Source of the DNA: Candidatus Omnitrophota bacterium
GTDB lineage: Bacteria > Omnitrophota > Gorgyraeia > Aquiviventales > Aquiviventaceae
Length of the DNA: 53,891 bases
Assembly (NCBI GenBank): GCA_016192545.1
Contig: JACPTX010000018.1
Coordinates: forward strand, 1 to 53,891
Direction of reading: 5' to 3'
The notes beneath the pieces are model-generated. The model saw only the letters and a program-made list of their open reading frames with translations, was not told the origin of the DNA and did not search any database. Of the stretch, positions 9,821 to 20,449 are shown in pieces; within the stretch, counting starts at the first letter, position 1, and every line of letters starts with the position of its first letter. Made by a program: the position numbers and the translations under genes.

Positions 9821-9824
<4 letters not shown>
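9285..9824 (+). CDS. rplO: 50S ribosomal protein L15 with element-derived C-terminal tail
   Basis: [28 protein letters not shown]... The last ~22 codons are encoded by the palindromic element at 9756-9820. Confidence 0.94.
9756..9820 (+). repeat. GGTTCAAGG(n)/CCTCGAACC(n) palindromic element, in frame at the rplO 3' end
   Basis: GGTTCAAGGTTCAAGGGTCAAGGTTCAGGG|CCAGAACCTCGAGCCTCGAACCTCGAGCCTCGAAC, read as GSRFKGQGSGPEPRASNLEPRT. Same family and same frame as 51365 and 52565. Confidence 0.88.
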
Positions 9825-11182
<1,358 letters not shown>

Positions 11183-11197
11183 GAGCCGGTCTGCGCG

Positions 11198-11884
11198 GTG
11201 AGCCTGCGCCTGGTATTACTGGGCCCGCCGGGATCCGGCAAAGGCACCTTGGCGCAGATGCTGCGTGAGCGGCTGGCCCTGGCGCATCTGTCGACGGGCG
11301 AGCTGTTCCGCCGGGAAATCCGCCGCCGCTCGCCGCTGGGCCGGCAGGTGAGCCGCTACGTGACGCAGGGGTTCCTGGTGCCGGACGCGCTGGTCGTGCG
11401 GGTGATGACGAGCCAGCTGACGCCGGCCAGGCTGCGGCGGGGCGTCGTGCTGGACGGGTTCCCCCGGACCGTGGGCCAGGCGAAGGGGTTGGAGGCGTTC
11501 CTTGAGAAACGGCGTCGGCCGTTGGAGGCGGCGATCTTCCTGGCCTGCCCGCCGGGCGTCTTGGTCCGGCGGCTGGGCGGCCGCCAGGTGTGCAGCCGCT
11601 GCGGCGCGATTTACCACGTGCGGAACATGCCGCCCAGGCGCCGGGGGATCTGCGACCGCTGCGGCGGGGCGCTGAGCGTCCGCGCGGACGACCGCGCCTC
11701 GACGATCCGCAAGCGGCTGGCCGTGGACCGCGCCCAGGCGCGCCCCCTGGTGGCGTACTATCGCCGGCGCGGCCTGCTGCATCGGCTGAACGGCGACGGC
11801 ACCAGCGGTGAGGCGTGTGTGCGGGCCCTGCGGCTCTTCAGGCGCCGAGGCTGGATCAGGCATGATCGAGCTCAAGACGCCTGA
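11198..11884 (+). CDS. adk: Adenylate kinase (zinc-lid type)
   Basis: LGPPGSGKGT P-loop. Lid is CSRCGAIYH...CDRCGG. GTG start. Confidence 0.92.
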   Translation: MSLRLVLLGPPGSGKGTLAQMLRERLALAHLSTGELFRREIRRRSPLGRQVSRYVTQGFLVPDALVVRVMTSQLTPARLRRGVVLDGFPRTVGQAKGLEAFLEKRRRPLEAAIFLACPPGVLVRRLGGRQVCSRCGAIYHVRNMPPRRRGICDRCGGALSVRADDRASTIRKRLAVDRAQARPLVAYYRRRGLLHRLNGDGTSGEACVRALRLFRRRGWIRHDRAQDA

Positions 11885-12611
11885 GGAGGTCGCCCGCATG
11901 CGCAAGGCGGGGGCCGTCGTCGCGAGGCTGCTGGATTTTTTGATTCCCCGCGTGGAACCGGGGCTGACGACCAAAGAGCTGGACCGGGCCGCGCAGGCGT
12001 TCCTCAAGAGCCAGGGCGCCGAGCCGGCGTTCCTCGGCTACCGGGGATTCCCGGCGTGCATCTGCGTGTCGGTCAACGAGGAAGTCGTGCATGGCATCCC
12101 CGGCGAGCGCACGATTCAGGCCGGCGACATCGTCAGCCTGGACGTGGGGGCGAAGCTGGGGGGCTACTACGGCGATGCGGCCGCCACCGTGCCGGTGGGC
12201 CGCGTCAGGCCGGAGGCCCTGCGGCTCATCGAGGTGACGAAGCGCTCGCTGGAGCGGGCGATCGAGCTGGCCACGCCGGCGCATCGGCTCTCGGACATCT
12301 CCTCCGCGGTCCAGGAGACGGTCGAGCGCGAGGGCTTCGCGGTCGTGCGGGATTTCGTCGGGCATGGCATCGGGCGGGCGATGCATGAGGATCCGCCGAT
12401 TCCGAATTACGGCCCGCCCAACCGGGGGCCGCGGCTGACACCCGGCATGGTGCTGGCGATTGAGCCGATGGTGACGATGGGGGGCTGGGAGGTCGAGGTG
12501 CTCGACGACGGATGGACCGCGGTGACCGCGGATCGCGCGTGGGCCGCCCATTTCGAGCACACGGTGGCCGTCACCGAGCAGGGCCCTGAAGTCCTCACCC
12601 GGCTCTCCTAG
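11862..12611 (+). CDS. map: Methionine aminopeptidase type I
   Basis: [17 protein letters not shown]...VHGIPG...[24 protein letters not shown] 11862 is in frame with track ORF 11808. Confidence 0.94.
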   Translation: MIELKTPEEVARMRKAGAVVARLLDFLIPRVEPGLTTKELDRAAQAFLKSQGAEPAFLGYRGFPACICVSVNEEVVHGIPGERTIQAGDIVSLDVGAKLGGYYGDAAATVPVGRVRPEALRLIEVTKRSLERAIELATPAHRLSDISSAVQETVEREGFAVVRDFVGHGIGRAMHEDPPIPNYGPPNRGPRLTPGMVLAIEPMVTMGGWEVEVLDDGWTAVTADRAWAAHFEHTVAVTEQGPEVLTRLS

Positions 12612-12625
12612 ACTGGCGACGAGGC

Positions 12626-12841
12626 ATGGCGAAAGAAGACGCGGTTGACGTGGAAGGGACGGTCCTGGAGGCGCTCCCGAACGCGATGTTTCGCGTGGAG
12701 ATTCAAGCCGGGCACGTGGTCCTGGCGCATCTGGCCGGCAAGCTGCGGATGCACTACATCCGCATCCTGCCGGGTGACAAGGTGAAACTGGAGCTGTCGC
12801 CCTACGATCTGACGCGGGGGCGGATTACATTCCGACTGTGA
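12626..12841 (+). CDS. infA: Translation initiation factor IF-1
   Basis: 71 aa: [25 protein letters not shown]... Confidence 0.96.
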   Translation: MAKEDAVDVEGTVLEALPNAMFRVEIQAGHVVLAHLAGKLRMHYIRILPGDKVKLELSPYDLTRGRITFRL

Positions 12842-12954
12842 TGAAAGTACGCGCCTCGGTCAAACGGGTCTGCCAGAAGTGCAAGATCATCCGCCGCAAA
12901 GGGATTGTCCGGGTCATCTGCGACAAGCCCAAGCACAAGCAACGACAAGGATAA
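12841..12954 (+). CDS. rpmJ: 50S ribosomal protein L36
   Basis: Hand-translated, too short for the ORF track: [40 protein letters not shown] overlaps the infA TGA. Confidence 0.92.
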   Translation: MKVRASVKRVCQKCKIIRRKGIVRVICDKPKHKQRQG

Positions 12955-12956
12955 CC

Positions 12957-13367
12957 ATGCCACGGATCGCCGGAGTTGACGTGCCCAAAGAGAAACGCCT
13001 CGATGTCGCGCTGACCTCTTTGTACGGGATCGGCTCGCAGCTGTCGCGGAAGGTCCTGACGCAGGCGCAGATCGAGCCGGGCAAGCGCGCCAAGGAGCTG
13101 ACGGACGACGACGCGGCCAAGCTCACGCGCCTCATCCAGGCGTCCTATAAAGTGGAGGGCGATCTGCGCCGCGAGCAGTCGGCCCACATCAAGCGGCTCA
13201 TCGACATCGGCTCGTATCGGGGCCTGCGGCACAAGAAGGGCTTGCCCGTCCGCGGGCAGCGGACCCGGACCAATGCCCGCACCCGAAAGGGTCCGCGGCC
13301 CCGCGTCGGCGTGCGCAAGAAGACGCGGCCGGGTGGGCCGGCGCCTGCGGCGGGCGCGAAAGCGTAG
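12957..13367 (+). CDS. rpsM: 30S ribosomal protein S13
   Basis: [26 protein letters not shown]... Confidence 0.95.
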   Translation: MPRIAGVDVPKEKRLDVALTSLYGIGSQLSRKVLTQAQIEPGKRAKELTDDDAAKLTRLIQASYKVEGDLRREQSAHIKRLIDIGSYRGLRHKKGLPVRGQRTRTNARTRKGPRPRVGVRKKTRPGGPAPAAGAKA

Positions 13368-13375
13368 AGGAGAGC

Positions 13376-13777
13376 ATGGCCACCGAGACACCGGCACCAG
13401 TTCGAAAGCCGAAGGCCAAGAAGAAGCTGACGGCGATGCAGGGCGTCGCACACATCCTGGCGTCGTTCAACAACACGATCATCACCATCACCGACCGGCA
13501 GGGCAACGCGATCTGCTGGGGGACGTCCGGGGCCAGCGGCTTCCACGGCTCCCGCAAGTCGACGCCCTACGCCGCGCAGATCGCAGCGATGAACGCCGCC
13601 AAGAAAGCCCTGGAGATCGGGCTCAAGGAAGTGGAAGTGTGGGTCAAGGGGCCGGGTCAGGGCCGCGAGTCCGCGATCCGGTCGTTGCAGCAGGCGGGGT
13701 TGACGATCACGGCGATCAAGGACGTGACGCCGATTCCGCATAACGGCTGCCGGCCCCCCAAACGGAGACGCGTGTAA
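13376..13777 (+). CDS. rpsK: 30S ribosomal protein S11
   Basis: [26 protein letters not shown]... Confidence 0.96.
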   Translation: MATETPAPVRKPKAKKKLTAMQGVAHILASFNNTIITITDRQGNAICWGTSGASGFHGSRKSTPYAAQIAAMNAAKKALEIGLKEVEVWVKGPGQGRESAIRSLQQAGLTITAIKDVTPIPHNGCRPPKRRRV

Positions 13778-13781
13778 CGAC

Positions 13782-14411
13782 ATGGCTCGCTACATCGGTC
13801 CATCCTGTCGGTTGTGTCGCCGGGAAGGGATGAAGCTCTTCCTCAAAGGGCTGAAGTGCTACACGCCCAAGTGCCCGGTGGACAAGCGCGGCGTGCCCCC
13901 CGGCCAGCACGGCCAGACGCGCATCAAGCTGTCGGACTATGGCATCCAGCTGCGTGAAAAGCAGAAGGCCAAGCGGATCTACGGCGTCCTGGAGCGGCAG
14001 TTCAAGCGGTACTTCCAGAAAGCGCAGAAGACCAAAGGCGTCACGGGCCAGATGCTCCTGCAGCAGCTGGAGCGCCGCCTGGACAACGTCGTCTTCCGGA
14101 TGGGGCTGGCCACGTCGCGGGCCGAGGGCCGGCATCTCGTGCGGCACCGGGCGGTGACGGTCAACAGCCGGATCGTCGACATCCCGTCGTATCCGGTCAA
14201 GGTCGGGGACGTCGTGCACATCGCCCCGGGGGCCGACGGCTGGGCCGCGCGGCTGAAGCAGAATCTGGACGTGACGAAGGACCGCATGATCCCCGCGTGG
14301 CTGCAGGTGGATGCCAAGCAGCTCAAAGGGTTGGTCGTCCGGCTGCCCGAAAAGGACGACCTGGGGCTGCCGATTCAAGAACAGCTGATCGTCGAGCTCT
14401 ACTCGAAGTAG
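13782..14411 (+). CDS. rpsD: 30S ribosomal protein S4
   Basis: MARYIGPSCRLCRREGMKLFLKG.. Confidence 0.96.
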   Translation: MARYIGPSCRLCRREGMKLFLKGLKCYTPKCPVDKRGVPPGQHGQTRIKLSDYGIQLREKQKAKRIYGVLERQFKRYFQKAQKTKGVTGQMLLQQLERRLDNVVFRMGLATSRAEGRHLVRHRAVTVNSRIVDIPSYPVKVGDVVHIAPGADGWAARLKQNLDVTKDRMIPAWLQVDAKQLKGLVVRLPEKDDLGLPIQEQLIVELYSK

Positions 14412-14416
14412 TTCTT

Positions 14417-14433
14417 GAGGGGTCTGACCCCTC
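14417..14433. repeat. Single GAGGGGTCTGACCCCTC element (half copy) between rpsD and rpoA
   Basis: GTTCTTGAGGGGTCTGACCCC matches the right half of the unit at 30859-30879. Confidence 0.8.
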
Positions 14434-14447
14434 TATAAGGAGGCCGG

Positions 14448-15440
14448 ATGGGAACCTTGTGGCGCGATTTTGCCATGCCCAAGAAGTTGGTGTGCGAGGA
14501 GTCCTCACGCACCGACACGTACGGCAAGTTCATGGCCGAGCCCTTCGAGCGGGGATTCGGGACGACGATCGCCAACAGCCTGCGGCGCATCCTGATCTCG
14601 TCGATCGAGGGCGCGGCGGTCACCTCGATCAAGGTGGACGGCGTCCTGCACGAATTCTCGAGCATCCCCGGCGTGCTGGAAGACGTCACCCAGATCGTGC
14701 TGAACGTCAAACAGCTGGTGCTGCGCGCCCACACCCGCCAGCCCAAGACCCTGGTGCTGGCGTCGAAGAAGAAGGGCGCGGTGACGGCGGGGGATATCGA
14801 GACCGATGACACGGTCGAGATCATCAACCCGGACTTGCATCTCTGCACGCTCACGAAGGCCCAGGATTTCCGGATGGAGCTGGAGGTGGCGCGCGGCCGC
14901 GGCTACGTGCCGGCGGAGAAGCACCGGAAGGAGGGCCAGCCGATCGGGACGATCCCGATCGACGGGCTCTTTGGCCCGGTCAAGCGCGTCAACTTCGCCG
15001 TCGAGGACACCCGCGTCGGGCAGGTGACCGATTACGACCGGCTCATCCTGGAGATCTGGACGAACGGCGCGATGACGCCGAAGGACGCGCTCCTGTACGC
15101 CTCCAATATTCTCCAGCGGCATCTCGACCTCTTCGTGAACTTCGGGGTGCTGCCGGAGGAGCCTGAGGAGCAGGAGCCGGTGCCGGTCAGCGAAGAGCTG
15201 GCGGAGAAGCTCCGCACCCCGATCGGGGAGCTGGAGCTGTCGGTCCGCGCGGCCAACTGCCTGCGCGAGGCGAAGATTCACACCATCAGCGAGCTGGTCC
15301 AGAAAAGTTCCCAGGAATTGCTGAAGTACCGGAACTTCGGCAAGAAGTCGCTGGCCGAAATCGAAGAGCTCCTCAAGGGCATGGGCCTGTCGCTGGGGAT
15401 GCCGGTGCCTGAACAGGTGCCCTCGTCGGAACCCGCCTAA
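14448..15440 (+). CDS. rpoA: DNA-directed RNA polymerase subunit alpha
   Basis: 330 aa: GFGTTIANSLRRILISSIEGAAVTSIKVDGVLHEF...ELSVRAANCL. AAGGAGG RBS. Confidence 0.97.
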   Translation: MGTLWRDFAMPKKLVCEESSRTDTYGKFMAEPFERGFGTTIANSLRRILISSIEGAAVTSIKVDGVLHEFSSIPGVLEDVTQIVLNVKQLVLRAHTRQPKTLVLASKKKGAVTAGDIETDDTVEIINPDLHLCTLTKAQDFRMELEVARGRGYVPAEKHRKEGQPIGTIPIDGLFGPVKRVNFAVEDTRVGQVTDYDRLILEIWTNGAMTPKDALLYASNILQRHLDLFVNFGVLPEEPEEQEPVPVSEELAEKLRTPIGELELSVRAANCLREAKIHTISELVQKSSQELLKYRNFGKKSLAEIEELLKGMGLSLGMPVPEQVPSSEPA

Positions 15441-15454
15441 CGGGACCCTGAGAC

Positions 15455-15991
15455 ATGCGTCACGCCTGCGCAGGCAATCGTCTCTCCCGCACGTCGGAGC
15501 ATCGGCGGGCCACGCTCTCGAACATGGCCCGCAACGTGCTCCAGCACGGCCAGATCCGCACGACCGTGGCGAAAGCCAAGGAAGCGCAGCGCCTCATCGA
15601 CCGCCTTGTCGGGCTGGGGAAGGAGGGCAGCGTCCACTCCAGGCGGCAGGCCTACCGGGTCCTGAAGGACCGCGGCCTGGTCAAACAGCTGTTCGCGGAC
15701 GTCTCACCGCGGTTTCTGGACTGCCAGGGCGGCTATACCAGGGTCTTGAAGCTGGGGCATCGCCTCGGCGACGGCGCGGCGACCGCCGTGCTGGAATTGA
15801 CGCGGTTGCCGGCCGGGCCGCCCAAGGCGCCGCCCAAACCGAAAGCCAAGGCCGAAGCTGCGCCGGCCCAGAAATCAGCCGCGCCGCAGGCGCCCAAGCC
15901 CAAGGCGGAGGAAGCCCCCGCAAAGCCCAAGCGGTTCTTTGAAGGCATCCGGGAGCTGTTTGGAAAGAAGAAAGCCGGAGCCGATTCGTGA
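15455..15991 (+). CDS. rplQ: 50S ribosomal protein L17 with long Ala/Pro/Lys-rich C-terminal extension
   Basis: MRHACAGNRLSRTSEHRRATLSNMARNVLQHGQIRTTVAKAKE... Confidence 0.94.
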   Translation: MRHACAGNRLSRTSEHRRATLSNMARNVLQHGQIRTTVAKAKEAQRLIDRLVGLGKEGSVHSRRQAYRVLKDRGLVKQLFADVSPRFLDCQGGYTRVLKLGHRLGDGAATAVLELTRLPAGPPKAPPKPKAKAEAAPAQKSAAPQAPKPKAEEAPAKPKRFFEGIRELFGKKKAGADS

Positions 15992-16027
15992 TCCCAAGCC
16001 AAATCGCTCCGTGACGCCGGCAAACCG

Positions 16028-17101
16028 GTGGTGGATTTCACCGCCGGGGAACCGGACTTCCCCACGCCTGCCGCGGTCAAAGCCGCCGCCATCAAGGCGA
16101 TCGAGCAGAACCGCACCAAGTACACGCCGGTGGCCGGCATTCCCGACCTGCGCGCCGCGATCGCCGGGGATCTGGCCCGGCGCCTTGGCGTGACGTACGC
16201 GCCGGCCGAGATTCTCGTCTCCTGCGGGGCGAAGCATTCGCTCTACAACGCGCTGCAGGCCATCTGCGGGCCGGGCGACGAGGTGCTCATCTTCAGTCCG
16301 TATTGGGTCAGTTACCCGCCGCTGGCGCAGCTGGCCGATGCGAAGCCGGTGATGGTGGAGACGCGCGAGCAGGACGGCTTTCAGCCGGACCCCGGCGCGG
16401 TCGAATCGGCGCTGACCGAGCGGACCAGGGCGGTCATCCTCAACAGCCCGTCCAACCCGGCCGGCGCCGTGATCGAGCGGCAACGCCTTTCCGCGCTCGC
16501 CGAGGTGCTGAGGCGCCGGGAGGACCTGTTCATCGTCAGCGACGAGATTTACGACCGGATCGTGTTCGCGCCGGCCCAGGCTGCCTCCATCGTGCAGGTG
16601 GAGCCGACGCTGATCGGACGGACGATTCTCGTCAACGGGGTGTCCAAGAGCTACAGCATGACCGGCTGGAGGATCGGCTACGCCGCGGGACCGAAGCACG
16701 TCATTGACGCCATGATCACCCTCCAGAGCCACTCGACCTCGAACCCGACGTCCATCAGCCAGTATGCGGCGCTGGAGGCGATCACCGGCGATCAGGGCGA
16801 GGTCCAGCGCATGGCCAGGGAATTCGAGCGGCGGCGCGACGCGCTAGTGGGCGGGCTGAACACGATCCCCGGCTTGTCATGCTTCACTCCCCAGGGCGCC
16901 TTCTACGCGTGGTGCAACATCAGCGCCCTGAAGCAGCCGGCCGACACCATCGCCAGGCGCTGGCTGGAGGACGCGTTCATCGCGACGGTGCCGGGAGAGG
17001 GGTTCGGGTCCTCCCGGCACATCCGGTTCAGCTTCGCGACCTCGCTGGACGTCATCGAGGAAGGCCTGAAGCGTCTCCGGCAGTGGTGCGAGCGGCGCTG
17101 A
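16028..17101 (+). CDS. Aspartate/class-I PLP aminotransferase, apparently N-terminally truncated
   Basis: VVDFTAGEPDFPTP...NSPSNPAGAV...SKSYSMTGWRIGY. Only the GTG 16028 start is available, and family similarity continues upstream to the in-frame rplQ stop. Confidence 0.8.
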   Translation: MVDFTAGEPDFPTPAAVKAAAIKAIEQNRTKYTPVAGIPDLRAAIAGDLARRLGVTYAPAEILVSCGAKHSLYNALQAICGPGDEVLIFSPYWVSYPPLAQLADAKPVMVETREQDGFQPDPGAVESALTERTRAVILNSPSNPAGAVIERQRLSALAEVLRRREDLFIVSDEIYDRIVFAPAQAASIVQVEPTLIGRTILVNGVSKSYSMTGWRIGYAAGPKHVIDAMITLQSHSTSNPTSISQYAALEAITGDQGEVQRMAREFERRRDALVGGLNTIPGLSCFTPQGAFYAWCNISALKQPADTIARRWLEDAFIATVPGEGFGSSRHIRFSFATSLDVIEEGLKRLRQWCERR

Positions 17102-18225
17102 TGGCCTACGACGTGGTCTTCATTCCAGGCGACGGGATCGGGCCGGAGGTGGCGGACGCCGCCCGCCGCTGTCTGGAGGCCACCGGGGTGACGTTCTCGT
17201 GGCGGGAGCACATCGCGGGCGAGGCGGCCATCGCCAAGTTCGGCACCCCCCTGCCGGACGAGACGCTGAAGGCCATCCGCGAGACGGGGGTGGCGATCAA
17301 GGGGCCGATCACGACGCCGATCGGGAAGGGGTTCCGCTCGGTGAACGTGGCGCTGCGCAAGCAGCTGGACCTGTTCGCCTGCGTGCGCCCCTGCCGTTCG
17401 TATGAAGGCGTGCGCGCGCCGGTCAAGGACGTCAATCTCCTCATCGTGCGTGAGAACACCGAAGATCTCTACGCCGGCATCGAGTTCGCCTCCGGCTCCA
17501 AAGAGGCGTCCCAGCTGATCAGGCAGATCAAACAATGGACGGACCAACCTCTGCGGGAGGAGTCGGGGATTTCCATCAAGCCGATTTCGGCTGCGGCGAC
17601 GGAGCGCATCGTGCGGTTCGCGTTCGAGTATGCCATCCGGCACGGGCGCAAGAAAGTCACGGCGATCCACAAGGCGAACATCATGAAGCACACGGATGGG
17701 CTCTTCATGGAGACCTCCCGCCGCGTCGCGAAGGGCTACGAGGGCAGGGTCGCCTTCGAGGACCGGCTGGTGGACGCGACCTGCATGCAGCTCGTCCTGC
17801 GGCCGCAGGAGTTCGACGTCCTGGTGCTGCCCAATCTCTACGGCGATATCCTGTCGGACCTGTGCGCCGGCCTGGTGGGAGGCCTGGGGGTGGCCCCGGG
17901 GGCGAACATCGGCGAGCGCACCGCGGTCTTCGAGGCGGTGCATGGCAGCGCGCCGAAGTATCAAGGCAAAAATAAGGTGAACCCGGCCGCCATGATTCTC
18001 TCGGGCATGATGATGCTGGAGCATCTGGGCGAGCGGGACGCGGCGCGGCGGCTGGAGCAGGCGGTCCGGGCGGTGCTGCAAGAGGGCCGGCACGTCACCT
18101 ATGATCTGAAGCCGACCCGGGATGACCCGACCGCCGTCGGTACGCGGGAAATGGCCGATGCTATTATCGCCACCATGAAACGGGGTCAAACCCCTTCTGA
18201 CAAAAAGGGGTCAGACCCCTTCTGA
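17101..18225 (+). CDS. icd: Isocitrate dehydrogenase (isocitrate/isopropylmalate dehydrogenase family)
   Basis: [11 protein letters not shown]...[21 protein letters not shown]...[10 protein letters not shown]. The last ~14 codons and the stop lie inside GGGGTCWGACCCC elements. Confidence 0.78.
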   Translation: MAYDVVFIPGDGIGPEVADAARRCLEATGVTFSWREHIAGEAAIAKFGTPLPDETLKAIRETGVAIKGPITTPIGKGFRSVNVALRKQLDLFACVRPCRSYEGVRAPVKDVNLLIVRENTEDLYAGIEFASGSKEASQLIRQIKQWTDQPLREESGISIKPISAAATERIVRFAFEYAIRHGRKKVTAIHKANIMKHTDGLFMETSRRVAKGYEGRVAFEDRLVDATCMQLVLRPQEFDVLVLPNLYGDILSDLCAGLVGGLGVAPGANIGERTAVFEAVHGSAPKYQGKNKVNPAAMILSGMMMLEHLGERDAARRLEQAVRAVLQEGRHVTYDLKPTRDDPTAVGTREMADAIIATMKRGQTPSDKKGSDPF

Positions 18226-18257
18226 AACTCTTCTCTCAACAACCGGGGTCAGACCCC
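18182..18257. repeat. Three GGGGTC(A/T)GACCCC-family 13-mers at the icd/lipA boundary
   Basis: 18182-18194 (variant GGGGTCAAACCCC), 18207-18219, 18245-18257. Confidence 0.85.
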
Positions 18258-18286
18258 TTTTTGTGACCCCTTTTTGCGACAGAAGC

Positions 18287-19153
18287 ATGAGACGCTACCC
18301 GACGTGGTTGAAGAAGGAGTTTTCGCCGGACGGCACCGCCAGGGTGGTCCGCGGACTGCTGGACGAGTTGGGACTGGCGGCGGTGTGCGAGAGCGCCCTA
18401 TGCCCGAACCTCCGGGAATGCTACAGCCAGCGGCAGCTGACGTTCATGATCCTGGGGGAGCGGTGCACGCGCACCTGCCGCTTCTGCGCGGTGGATCACG
18501 GCCGGCCCGGTCCGGTGCCGGAGGACGAGCCCCGGCGCGTGGCCGAGGCCGTGCGGCGGCTGGAGCTGAAGCACGTCGTGATCACCTCGGTCGCGCGGGA
18601 CGATCTCAGGGACGAGGGGGCCGGGCAGTTCGTGCGCGTGATCGAGGCGGTCCGTGGCGGCAATCCCGGCGTCACGGTGGAGGTGCTGGTGCCGGATTTC
18701 CACGGGCGGCCTGAGCTGATCGCGCAGGTGATGGCGGCTCACCCCGAGGTGTTCGCGCACAACCTCGAAACGGTCGAGCGCCTCACCCCGCGGGTGCGGA
18801 TCCAGGCGCAGTACCGTCGGTCGCTGGACGTCCTGCGCCTCGCGGGCTCGATGGCCGGGCCAAGGACGCTCATCAAATCCAGCGTGATGCTGGGTCTTGG
18901 GGAGACGGGGGAAGAAGTGCAGCAGGCGTTTCGGGACCTGCTCGACGCGGGCTGCACCCACGTGACGCTGGGCCAGTATCTGCAGCCCTCACCCGCGCAG
19001 CTGCCGGTCGTGGACTACCTGAGCCCGGAGCGGTTTGCCGAGTATGAACGGCTGGCCTACGCGGCGGGGTTTCGCTGGGTCATGGCCGGGCCGTTCGTCC
19101 GCAGTTCATATCACGCGATTGAGGCCCTCTCAGAGGTGAGCCATGAAGCGTAG
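18287..19153 (+). CDS. lipA: Lipoyl synthase
   Basis: CESALCPNLRECY...CTRTCRFCAV radical-SAM and auxiliary-cluster Cys motifs. ATG 18287 is preferred over GTG 18263, which lies in the repeat. Confidence 0.93.
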   Translation: MRRYPTWLKKEFSPDGTARVVRGLLDELGLAAVCESALCPNLRECYSQRQLTFMILGERCTRTCRFCAVDHGRPGPVPEDEPRRVAEAVRRLELKHVVITSVARDDLRDEGAGQFVRVIEAVRGGNPGVTVEVLVPDFHGRPELIAQVMAAHPEVFAHNLETVERLTPRVRIQAQYRRSLDVLRLAGSMAGPRTLIKSSVMLGLGETGEEVQQAFRDLLDAGCTHVTLGQYLQPSPAQLPVVDYLSPERFAEYERLAYAAGFRWVMAGPFVRSSYHAIEALSEVSHEA

Positions 19154-20435
19154 CCAGACCGGTGTGACGCGCCATCCGGTGCTCAAGCAGGTGAAAGCCC
19201 ACCTCCAGAAGCGGCAGGCGATGGAGATGGCACGCAACGAGCGCCGGCTGTTCCAGGAGGCCAACCGCCTCAAGCGGCTGCCGCTGTATCTCTTCACCAT
19301 TCTCGATGACCTGAAGGCGCAGGCCCTCCAGCGGGGCATTGACGTCATTGACCTGGGGATGGGCAATCCGGACCTGCCGCCTCCCGCGCATGTCATCGAG
19401 GAATTGGGCCGGCAGGTCAAGGACCCGGCCAACCACCGCTACTCGCGCCCCGGCGGCGACGTCGAGCGCCGGCTCAAAGAAGCCATCGCGGCGTGGTATG
19501 CGCGGAAGTTCAAGGTGTCCTTGGATCCCGCGACCGAGGTCCTGCCGCTCATCGGCTCGAAAGAAGGCATCGCGCACCTGTCGCTGGCGTTCCTCAACCA
19601 CGACGACATCGCCCTGGTGCCCAACCCGGCCTATCCGGTGCACTTCAACAGCGTGGTGATGGCGGGCGGGATCCTCTACAGCATCCCGACCTCCGCCGAG
19701 CACCACTACCTGCCGAACCTGCGGTCGGTCAACCGGGAAGTGCTGAAGATGTCCAAGATGCTCTTCCTCAGCTACCCGCACAACCCGACGACCGCGACGG
19801 CCGACCTGAAGTTCTTTCAGGACGCCATCGGCTGGGCCGCGCACCACAAGATCATGGTCGTGCACGACTTCGCCTACTCCGACTTCATCTTCGAGGGGCC
19901 GCCCGCGCCCAGCATCCTGCAGGTCAAGGAGGCGCGGCCGCTCGCGGTCGAGTTCCACACGCTCTCGAAATCGTACAGCCTGGCGGGCTGGCGGCTCGGG
20001 TTTGCCGTCGGCAACCGCGACATCCTGGCCTCGCTGGCCAAGACCAAAAGCTACGTGGACTTCGGCATCTTCCGCGCCATCCAGGCGGCGGCCGTGAGGG
20101 CGCTGCTGGGCCCGCAAGACTACGTGGCGGACATCGTCCACACCTACCGCAAGCGGCGCGACGTGTTCGTCGGAGGGCTGCAGCGCGCCGGCTGGCATCT
20201 CCCCATGCCGAAGAGCACCTTTTACGTCTGGGCCGGGATTCCCTTGAAGTTCAGCGCGCTCACCTCGCTGGAATTTGCGACCCTGCTCATGCAGGAGGCG
20301 GGGGTGGTGGCGGCTCCGGGCAGCGGATTTGGCGAGTACGGAGAGGGCTACGTCCGGTTTGCGCTGGTCGAACCGGAAGCCCGCCTGAAGGACGCCGTCA
20401 CGCGCATCGAGAAGGTCCTCGCCATGGAAAGCTGA
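19143..20435 (+). CDS. Class-I PLP-dependent aminotransferase (AlaA/AspC-like)
   Basis: LPLYLFTILDDLK...DLGMGNPDLPPP...SKSYSLAGWRLGF. The start may be ATG 19221 instead. Confidence 0.8.
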   Translation: MKRSQTGVTRHPVLKQVKAHLQKRQAMEMARNERRLFQEANRLKRLPLYLFTILDDLKAQALQRGIDVIDLGMGNPDLPPPAHVIEELGRQVKDPANHRYSRPGGDVERRLKEAIAAWYARKFKVSLDPATEVLPLIGSKEGIAHLSLAFLNHDDIALVPNPAYPVHFNSVVMAGGILYSIPTSAEHHYLPNLRSVNREVLKMSKMLFLSYPHNPTTATADLKFFQDAIGWAAHHKIMVVHDFAYSDFIFEGPPAPSILQVKEARPLAVEFHTLSKSYSLAGWRLGFAVGNRDILASLAKTKSYVDFGIFRAIQAAAVRALLGPQDYVADIVHTYRKRRDVFVGGLQRAGWHLPMPKSTFYVWAGIPLKFSALTSLEFATLLMQEAGVVAAPGSGFGEYGEGYVRFALVEPEARLKDAVTRIEKVLAMES

Positions 20436-20449
20436 GCCAGGGCACCGCG

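Noticed and set aside
15939-16193. 84-aa + strand ORF (MKASGSCLERRKPEPIRD...) as the missing N-terminus of the aminotransferase in another frame
   Set aside because: There is no convincing similarity to the LS.R....PS.T N-terminal motif of class-I aminotransferases. It overlaps the rplQ tail and the aminotransferase body.
18126-18140. CCGACCGCCGTCGG in icd (read as PTAVG) as a seventh copy of the PTAVG palindrome
   Set aside because: Only a 5-bp arm is left, so it could be a decayed copy or chance. It is mentioned but not counted as a feature.
19493-20449. N-terminal 319 codons of the 696-aa + strand track ORF 19493..21583
   Set aside because: This part is an alternative frame of the aminotransferase gene and is Arg/Pro/Gly-rich. 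The glycosyltransferase homology starts at ATG 20450.
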